A stretch of 64,000 nucleotides of DNA from Gemmatimonadota bacterium (GTDB lineage Bacteria > Latescibacterota > UBA2968 > UBA8231), in the NCBI GenBank assembly GCA_038128265.1, contig JAYPJE010000003.1:61278-125277 (forward strand), given 5' to 3'. Below are positions 57,549 through 64,000 of the stretch, one piece after another. The notes below the pieces were generated by a model that saw only the letters and a list, made by a program, of their open reading frames with translations, was not told the origin of the DNA and ran no database searches. Both the position numbers and the translations under genes were made by a program. Numbering within the stretch: the stretch's first letter is position 1; each line of letters begins with the position of its first letter.

Positions 57549-57560
57549 TCTACGCGCCCT

Positions 57561-58607
57561 ATGCACATCGGCCCGCATGCCCTAACACCGCTGCGCGATG
57601 ACCTACCCATTATGACACTGGCCCCCATGGCGGGGGTCGGCAACTGGGTCTATCGGCTTATCTGTGCACGCCTAGGTGCACGCGTCGTTGGCGTCGAGTT
57701 TATCAACTGTCGCACCATTGACATTGCATCGACCAAGAGCGACCTGCTACTCGACTTTTCCGATGCACGCGTCTACGAGGAGACGGGTATCTCTCTTTTA
57801 GCCGCGCAGATTTATGGAAACGATATCGACCTCATCGCCGCCGGCGCGCGCGAATTTCAGCGCCGCGGCGCACAGATTGTCGATATCAACTTTGGCTGTT
57901 CCGTTCCGCAGATCGTGCGACGCGGCAGCGGTGCAGCCTACCTGCGCGACCTCGACAGGCTCTACCGGGCCGTGCGCACAACCGTAGAAGCGGTCGATAT
58001 ACCAGTCACAGTTAAAACGCGGATCGGATGGGACGAGGACGACATCAATATACTCGAGGTCGTGCGGCGCTGTGAGGACGCCGGCGCACAGGCCGTAGCT
58101 ATTCACGCGCGCACGGTCGTACAGAAATACAAGGGCGATGCCGATTGGGAGTGGATCGCCCGTGCCAAAGAGGCCGCCAGCGTGCCCATTCTCGGCAACG
58201 GCGACGTGTTTTCCGCCGCCGATGCACTGCGTATGCAGCGCGAAACGCAGTGCGATGCGGTGATGATCGGACGCGCGGCTATGGCCAATCCCTGGATTTT
58301 TTCCGGGCGCGACGGCGCATCACTCGACGAGCGCATTGACCTAGCTCGGCAACAGCTCGAGTATATGGCCCAGTATAAAGGCGAGCGCGTTGGCGTAATG
58401 GAAACGCGTAAACATCTGGCGCTCTATTTCAAACACCTGCCGCGCTCGAGCACACTGCGCCAGCGCTTGTTGACTACGGAATCGCTGGCAGAGCTAGTCA
58501 ACCTGCTGGGCGAATGGAAAGAAGGCATGCCATCAGAGCATGCACAAAACAACCTCACGCTGTCCCCGCGCGAAGCGTCTGCTCTCGCATGGGGCGGCAA
58601 TGGCTAA
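57561..58607 (+). CDS. dusB: tRNA-dihydrouridine synthase
   Basis: LAPMAG, QIYG, DINFGC, PVTVKTRIGWD, IHART, GNGDV and VMIGRAAMANPWIF motifs. Confidence 0.9.
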   Translation: MHIGPHALTPLRDDLPIMTLAPMAGVGNWVYRLICARLGARVVGVEFINCRTIDIASTKSDLLLDFSDARVYEETGISLLAAQIYGNDIDLIAAGAREFQRRGAQIVDINFGCSVPQIVRRGSGAAYLRDLDRLYRAVRTTVEAVDIPVTVKTRIGWDEDDINILEVVRRCEDAGAQAVAIHARTVVQKYKGDADWEWIARAKEAASVPILGNGDVFSAADALRMQRETQCDAVMIGRAAMANPWIFSGRDGASLDERIDLARQQLEYMAQYKGERVGVMETRKHLALYFKHLPRSSTLRQRLLTTESLAELVNLLGEWKEGMPSEHAQNNLTLSPREASALAWGGNG

Positions 58608-58618
58608 GGGTAGCGGTT

Positions 58619-59098
58619 ATGAAACTCTCGTGCGGAATCATTCTCTCATTGCTGACTCTCTTCGCAGGCTGCTCTGAAAAACCAGAGAAAGCATCTATTT
58701 CCGTTCAGCTCTTTGAGGCCCAGCTGGCGGCTGATGCCAAGGGCGACTACTACGCGGGATGGGATACCGTTTCGTTTGCGCTATCCGGAGCAGCCATCGC
58801 CTACGTCGTATCGCCCGAGCCCCTGCTCACCGAGTGGAATATGGCCGCATTCAAGGCCAGTCAGCCCCAGCAGGATGATACGCGTTTGGTCACGGCGCGT
58901 CTCAACGCCTATGCAGAACGCAAGATGCGCTCGTTTTGCGAAGTGGAGGCCAATTTAAAGCGCCCCTTAGGGCTCAGAGTCGACGAGCGCTGGGTCTCTT
59001 TTCTACCGCTCCTCAGTCCGGTCAGCGACCGCATTACGCTGCGCGGCTTAACCAGCGCTGAGGTCGATCTGCTCCAGCGCTATATGGACGAGCGCTAG
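58619..59098 (+). CDS. Lipoprotein, possibly SecDF P1-head-like fold
   Basis: Lipobox FAGC; C-terminal RPLGLRVDERWVS..P...V..RITLRGLTSAEVD resembles the SecD P1 head. Confidence 0.6.
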   Translation: MKLSCGIILSLLTLFAGCSEKPEKASISVQLFEAQLAADAKGDYYAGWDTVSFALSGAAIAYVVSPEPLLTEWNMAAFKASQPQQDDTRLVTARLNAYAERKMRSFCEVEANLKRPLGLRVDERWVSFLPLLSPVSDRITLRGLTSAEVDLLQRYMDER

Positions 59099-59134
59099 CG
59101 TATTCCCCATCAGACCGCTAATTGCTCGTAGCTG

Positions 59135-60214
59135 CTACACGTCCATAGGTAAATCCAGCGAACACTTTGTCAGCGCTTCGGGTCCATCCGGTCCGACGTA
59201 GATCATATTCTCCACGCGGGCGCCGCCCAGCCCGGGCACGTAGACGCCCGGTTCGCACGACAGCGCATCGCCGATTTGCAGCACATCGGCCGCCTCGCGC
59301 CCAATGCGCGGCGCGTCGCCGCCCAGCCCCAGACCGTGACTCAGATGGTGCACGTAGTGCTTTTCCCACCCCTGCTCGCCAAAGCATGCGACGACGCGGC
59401 GGTAGATATCGGCGCCGTCGGCCCCCGGATGCATTGCCTCGGCTCCCGTCCGATAGGCGCGCTGCACGGTTTCCAAGAGCGTGCGCTGCTCGGCCGAGCC
59501 CTCGCCAACGATGCCTGCGCGCGTCATATCGCCCAAATAGCCGCGCACGTGAATGGCCATATCGATAAATATCATATCGCCCTCGCAGATTGTTCGGCGC
59601 GGGTTTTCAGCGCTGTCCAGATAAAACGTACCCTCACCCACTGCCGGCGCCATATGGGCATCCTCAGCACCGGCTTTCAGCATGGCGTACTCGCCCTCGG
59701 CAATCACGTCTAGGCAGCTCAATCCCGGACGTATGGCGGCAAACGCAGCGGTCATGCCTAGATCCGCAATGCGCGCCGCTTCGCGCATGCCCGCTAGGTC
59801 GGCTGCGTCTTTTGTCCTGCGCAACTGCGCACCGATGTCCTCGACGAGGACTTCAGTAGAACCGATGTGGCGCCGCAGCGCGTCGGCCAATCCCTGCTGA
59901 TCGACCACGATTTTCTTCCACCCTGCACCCTGCACATAGGAGAGCAGTTGCGCCTCCGGCGGCGGATCGCCCAGCGCATTTTCCACCACGCGGCAGTCGG
60001 TCAGCAAATCGCGACAGGCGTTGGATATCCACACGCCGGGAAATACTACGGGCACGTCCCCACCAAAAACGATGGCGCGACAGTTGGCACGCGAAATTAC
60101 CGAACTCGGTTCCGGATGGGGTAGAAAGTAGAGTTGGTTAGGCCTGCTACCCGCTATAAAGACATCGGCCGCGCGCTCCTGCAGCGCCACTGCGAGCCGT
60201 TCGCTACGCGTCAT
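59135..60214 (-). CDS. M24-family (pita-bread fold) metallohydrolase
   Basis: LRRTKD, IFID, GYLGDMTR, SHGLG, SCEPG and RVEN metal-ligand motifs. Confidence 0.88.
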   Translation of the reverse strand: MTRSERLAVALQERAADVFIAGSRPNQLYFLPHPEPSSVISRANCRAIVFGGDVPVVFPGVWISNACRDLLTDCRVVENALGDPPPEAQLLSYVQGAGWKKIVVDQQGLADALRRHIGSTEVLVEDIGAQLRRTKDAADLAGMREAARIADLGMTAAFAAIRPGLSCLDVIAEGEYAMLKAGAEDAHMAPAVGEGTFYLDSAENPRRTICEGDMIFIDMAIHVRGYLGDMTRAGIVGEGSAEQRTLLETVQRAYRTGAEAMHPGADGADIYRRVVACFGEQGWEKHYVHHLSHGLGLGGDAPRIGREAADVLQIGDALSCEPGVYVPGLGGARVENMIYVGPDGPEALTKCSLDLPMDV

Positions 60215-60324
60215 ATACCCCTCCTTTGCGAGACTTGCAACAATGCCATCGTGCGCTATACATTAAGCACTCCTGTTCACCGGCAACAGCCGCCTACGAA
60301 CTCAGCCAGGAGAAGCCCGACCCG

Positions 60325-61053
60325 ATGATGACCGAATCTGAGCTTTACGAATTTGATCTAAATGGACTGATCGTCTACCGCGACTTAATTCCCCCGGCAG
60401 ACGTGGCGCGCATGAACGAGCTGATCGACGACGACCAGGCCGGAGAATTTCCCCACAGTTTTCAGTTTCTCAACCTCGATCCCATCTTTATGAATTTGAT
60501 GGCTCATCCCAAGACGCTGGACGTCATGCGCACGATTATCGGCGATTGGATGCGACTAGACCACACCTACGGACTGCAGATGACGCGCGACTCGGAAGTC
60601 CGCGAGAACCTGCACGGCGGCCTGCGCGCCGACCAGGGCGAGCACCAGTACCAGTGGGCCTACAATAAAATGTGGAATGGGTTGATCGTCGTCATGTACG
60701 CACTCGAAGACGTCGAGCCAGGCGATGGCGGCTTTGTCGGCGTGCTGGGCAGCCACAAAGCCAGCATTAACACCTACAAACCACCGCTCGATTCTCACCT
60801 AGTCTTCAACCCTTCGCTTAAAGCCGGCGATATGCTCATCTTTACCGAGGCGCTGGTGCACGGCACGATTCGCTGGAAGAGCGCCAAGCCCCGCCGCTCT
60901 CTGCTCTACAAATACTCGCCGGGCTATTCTACGTGGGGCAAAGCCGAAGCGCTCGACAGCTATCTCGAACTGGCGCAAAACGACCTACAGCGCGACCTGC
61001 TGCGCCATCCCTACGTCGGCTCGCGCACCCCGCTTGAATTTCCCGAAGTATAG
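60325..61053 (+). CDS. PhyH-like Fe(II)/2-oxoglutarate-type oxygenase
   Basis: YEFDLNG, LHGG, DGGF..V.GSHK, KAGDMLIFTEALVHGT and RRSLLYKYSP motifs; CAGGAG RBS. Confidence 0.85.
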   Translation: MMTESELYEFDLNGLIVYRDLIPPADVARMNELIDDDQAGEFPHSFQFLNLDPIFMNLMAHPKTLDVMRTIIGDWMRLDHTYGLQMTRDSEVRENLHGGLRADQGEHQYQWAYNKMWNGLIVVMYALEDVEPGDGGFVGVLGSHKASINTYKPPLDSHLVFNPSLKAGDMLIFTEALVHGTIRWKSAKPRRSLLYKYSPGYSTWGKAEALDSYLELAQNDLQRDLLRHPYVGSRTPLEFPEV

Positions 61054-61072
61054 CTAAAGACAGGCACACCAT

Positions 61073-61972
61073 ATGACTGAAAAACTAGCCCGCGGCATCT
61101 GGCCCGCTCTGGCAACGCCCTTCACCGACGATGGGTCGGCGCTCGCCGCCGAGCGCGTCGCCCCGCTGATAGCCCACTTGCTCGACCAGGGGGCCAACGG
61201 ATTCTTCGTCACCGGCGGCACGGGCGAAGGGGCCGCCATGCGCGTCGACGAGCGCAAGGCGATGACGGATGCCGTGATGGCCTCCGTATCCGGCGCCGTG
61301 CCGCTTATTTTCCAAGTCGGCGCGACCAGCACGGAAAACGCCGTCGAGCTGGCGCGCTATGCCGCAGCAGCCGGCGCCGATGCCGTAGCGTCGGTCGCAC
61401 CCCAAGACCAACCCAACGACCTGCAGGCGGCCGTGCAGCACTATGCGGCCATCGGCGCTGCCACCGACAGGCCTTTCTACGTGTACTGGATTGCCCAGAC
61501 GGCCGACTCGACGATAACAGCCGAGCAGTATCTCGAGGCGATGGAAACCGTGCCCAATTTTAGCGGCCTCAAGTTTACCGACTCCAACTTTTACTTTTTT
61601 CAGCGCTTAGTCGACCTGGCCGGCGACCGCCTCAATATGATTTCTGGTCCGGACGAGATCTGTTTGGGCGGCATGGTAGCCGGCGCCGATGCGGCTATCG
61701 GCTCCACCTACAACATCATGCCGAATCTATTTCTGCGCATGCGCCAGCACTTTGAAGCGAACGAAATCGGCCCGGCCATGGATTTACAGGCGCGGGCCAA
61801 TCGAGTGATATCCATTATGATGCGCTACGGCGTAATAGGCTCTATCAAAGCGCTGCTGGGCGATCGAGGCCTGCCGGTCGGCATTCCTCGACCGCCCCAC
61901 GTTACCCTCGACATCGCGGCGAAAACTGCGCTGAACAGCGAGCTAGACGCGCTGGGTTTTACCGTAGCTTAG
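61073..61972 (+). CDS. DHDPS/N-acetylneuraminate-lyase family aldolase
   Basis: PALATPF, GGTGEG, GADA, Schiff-base GLKFTD, GPDE and AIGSTYN (NanA-like). Confidence 0.88.
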   Translation: MTEKLARGIWPALATPFTDDGSALAAERVAPLIAHLLDQGANGFFVTGGTGEGAAMRVDERKAMTDAVMASVSGAVPLIFQVGATSTENAVELARYAAAAGADAVASVAPQDQPNDLQAAVQHYAAIGAATDRPFYVYWIAQTADSTITAEQYLEAMETVPNFSGLKFTDSNFYFFQRLVDLAGDRLNMISGPDEICLGGMVAGADAAIGSTYNIMPNLFLRMRQHFEANEIGPAMDLQARANRVISIMMRYGVIGSIKALLGDRGLPVGIPRPPHVTLDIAAKTALNSELDALGFTVA

Positions 61973-61995
61973 CAGGTAGGGTACAGCAGCAGTGC

Positions 61996-62820
61996 TCATT
62001 CGAAAAAGGCGTAGCTCAACCCAACGGCAATCGCCTCTTTGACCTGCGTCTTCTCACTGGCCGTCGCGTCATCGACGATCTGCACGTTGAGGTTGACCGT
62101 CACGTATTTTCCCGCCTTTATCGACACGACGTTGTCAAAGCTAATAGCCGTTTCGTCCAGCGCCTTTATCGGCGCAAATATTTCCAGCTTGGAGCTCAAC
62201 AGCGTCGTCTCGTTTACAGGCCATTCCACTTCGACCACGGATTCGAGACCGCCATCGAACCTGCTCTTCTCGATCTTGGCCGTTCCCGCGTCGTCGGAAA
62301 AGCTATTATACTCGCGCGTAAAGATCTCGCGCATAGCCAACCCCGCGCGCGTCTTTACTTCGGGAATAACCTGATACCCGACGCCGGCGCTCTGCGTGAA
62401 ATAGGCCGGGTCAAAAAACTGGGATATGCCGACCTCAACGGGTCCGCCGTAGTCGTAACCGCGGGCGAACTGCGTCTTAAACGTAGCGCCAACGTAGGGA
62501 TTGACGTAGGTGCCGACCTTGTAGGTCAGCGTCGTTCCCAGCGCAATTTTATCGTCCGTCTTGCGAATGTCCTGCTCGCCCAACTTGCTCTGACCAAAGG
62601 CGAGCTTGTACGTGCTATTCCAGTCTATCTTGTCGCGCGCATAGGTCGAATTTCCATTCATCGTCAGCGTCCAAGCCAGCGCATTTTCGCCGCCCGGCGC
62701 CCAGTCCTTGAGCGCAACCTGAGTCAGGTTCACAGCGCCGGTCATCGAATGCTTCCACGGCGTCTCCTCGGCCCACAGCGTGCCGCACAGCGCGAAAAAA
62801 ACTGCCATTACTCTTTGCAT
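61996..62820 (-). CDS. DUF3078-like outer-membrane protein
   Basis: Signal peptide; NLTQV...WAPGGEN, RKTDDK, FKTQF..GY.Y, SQFFDPAY and QVKE...VGLSY motifs. Confidence 0.82.
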   Translation of the reverse strand: MQRVMAVFFALCGTLWAEETPWKHSMTGAVNLTQVALKDWAPGGENALAWTLTMNGNSTYARDKIDWNSTYKLAFGQSKLGEQDIRKTDDKIALGTTLTYKVGTYVNPYVGATFKTQFARGYDYGGPVEVGISQFFDPAYFTQSAGVGYQVIPEVKTRAGLAMREIFTREYNSFSDDAGTAKIEKSRFDGGLESVVEVEWPVNETTLLSSKLEIFAPIKALDETAISFDNVVSIKAGKYVTVNLNVQIVDDATASEKTQVKEAIAVGLSYAFFE

Positions 62821-62956
62821 CTTGCCTCCCATTGGCTTTTGGTATGAATCATACCTACTCTTGTATCATTAGAGTATAACGCGAATGTGCGCTTAGGAAA
62901 TACGCGTCCACTGCGCTGTATCGATTCGACGGAAACCGAGCTTGAGCATACCGCCT

Positions 62957-63535
62957 ATGCGATCTCCCATCGACGCCGACATATTGCACATAACAGACTT
63001 TTTGCGGGCGAGTGAACGCACCGACACCTTTAACCAACTGCGCGACGATATCCCCTGGGAACAGCACGTCGTGCGGCTGTTCGGGCGTTCGCATCCAGCC
63101 CCGCGCCTCTCTTCGTGGCACGGCGATACCGGCGCTACCTACGCCTATTCTGGCCTTCGCCTCGAACCGCGCGGTTGGACGTCCTTGCTCGAAGACCTGC
63201 GCCAGCGCATTAGCCAACGGGTCGATGCCCCGCTTAACTGCGCGCTGCTCAACTACTACCGCGACGGGGGCGATAGCATGGGCTGGCACAGCGATGACGA
63301 ACCCGAACTCGGCCGCAATCCCTGCATTGCCTCGCTCAGTCTCGGCGCAGCACGGCGCTTTCTCATGCGCCATAAAACGCGGCGGGACGTGCCGACCTGC
63401 GAATATCTGCTCGGCGACGGCGACCTATTTATCATGCGCGGCCCCACGCAGCACAACTGGAAGCACCAAATCCCCAAGACGCGGCGACCTGTCGGCGAGC
63501 GCATCAATATCACATTTCGCTATATACCAACATAG
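62957..63535 (+). CDS. AlkB-like (ALKBH2/3-type) 2OG-Fe(II) dioxygenase
   Basis: PRL..WHGD, Y.YSG, LLNYYRDGGDSMGWHSDDE, IASLSLGA.R.F, WKH.IPK and RINITFR motifs. Start at 62942 or 62957. Confidence 0.92.
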   Translation: MRSPIDADILHITDFLRASERTDTFNQLRDDIPWEQHVVRLFGRSHPAPRLSSWHGDTGATYAYSGLRLEPRGWTSLLEDLRQRISQRVDAPLNCALLNYYRDGGDSMGWHSDDEPELGRNPCIASLSLGAARRFLMRHKTRRDVPTCEYLLGDGDLFIMRGPTQHNWKHQIPKTRRPVGERINITFRYIPT

Positions 63536-63546
63536 GAGAGCAACCG

Positions 63547-64000
63547 ATGACGACGCGTCTGGCGGTTGTGGGCTGTGGACAGATCGCCGAAGCGCACTGC
63601 AAGGCCATTGCCACCCTGGCACAGGCAGAGCTACACACTGCGGTCGATTCGGACCTAGGCCGAGCACGCGACACGGCCCAGCGCTACGGAGCATCACGCG
63701 CCACCGCCGACTACGGCGACGTTTTGCAGGATGGCGATATCGATGTCGTCGTGCTCTGCCTGCCGCACGACCTGCACGCCCCCTTTGCCATCCACGCGGC
63801 CGAGGCTGGAAAGCACATTCTCGTAGAAAAGCCCATGGCGCTTAACGAGAGCGAGGCGCAGGCAATGATCGACGCGGCAGAAGTGCACGGCGTTCAGCTC
63901 TCGATTGGCCAGTCAAGTCGATGCATCCCATCCTTTTGGAAGGCACGAGAACTCATTTCCTCTGAGGCCATCGGCCGCGTCGTCAACGTCCTCCATCAGC
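63547..64000 (+). CDS. Gfo/Idh/MocA oxidoreductase (3'-truncated by window edge)
   Basis: AGGAG RBS; MTTRLAVVGCGQIAEAH...DIDVVVLCLPHDLH...AGKHILVEKPMA; frame open to the end of the window. Confidence 0.9.
   Translation, partial: MTTRLAVVGCGQIAEAHCKAIATLAQAELHTAVDSDLGRARDTAQRYGASRATADYGDVLQDGDIDVVVLCLPHDLHAPFAIHAAEAGKHILVEKPMALNESEAQAMIDAAEVHGVQLSIGQSSRCIPSFWKARELISSEAIGRVVNVLHQ

Noticed and set aside
59135..60214. DddP-type DMSP lyase
   Set aside because: It is shorter than DddP as I recall it, and the segment after the metal His (HGLGLGGDAP) does not match the DddP pattern. It cannot be supported without a phylogeny.
1..64000. CRISPR arrays, IS elements, prophage or defence genes
   Set aside because: I saw no regularly spaced direct repeats or transposase, integrase or phage motifs, and nearly all of the sequence is explained by the listed genes.

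Overview
This is a GC-rich, gene-dense chromosomal segment from a diderm bacterium (it encodes LptE, a TonB-dependent receptor and beta-barrel proteins). The many sulfatase, Gfo/Idh/MocA and PhyH enzymes suggest an FCB-associated heterotroph such as Latescibacterota, which is inference only. Most of the window is housekeeping or catabolic: the 3' end of dnaK, pgi-gndA, aroA, dsbD, a rarA fusion, gdh, coaX, a CtpA-type protease, lipA, mnmG and dusB. It also carries a tRNA-Thr(UGU), a YfiR/sensor-kinase/hybrid-regulator module and a TPP riboswitch leading a TonB receptor. I saw no integrase, transposase, prophage or CRISPR array. The standout locus is 42019-51276, where a FadR-type regulator with a TGGTCTGACCA operator is divergent from an 8-gene corrinoid methyl-transfer cluster. 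The cluster encodes an uncharacterised protein with a duplicated F-x-CGHAH module, an MtaA/CmuA-family methyltransferase, a stand-alone corrinoid protein, a RACo-type activator with an extra 4-Cys N-terminal module, a MetF-MetV fusion, an AcsE-like methyl-THF methyltransferase, a stand-alone homocysteine methyltransferase and a small Virulence_fact-like protein that overlaps mnmG. It looks like a split methionine synthase wired to a demethylation system of unknown substrate. All family calls come from motif recognition, not database searches.
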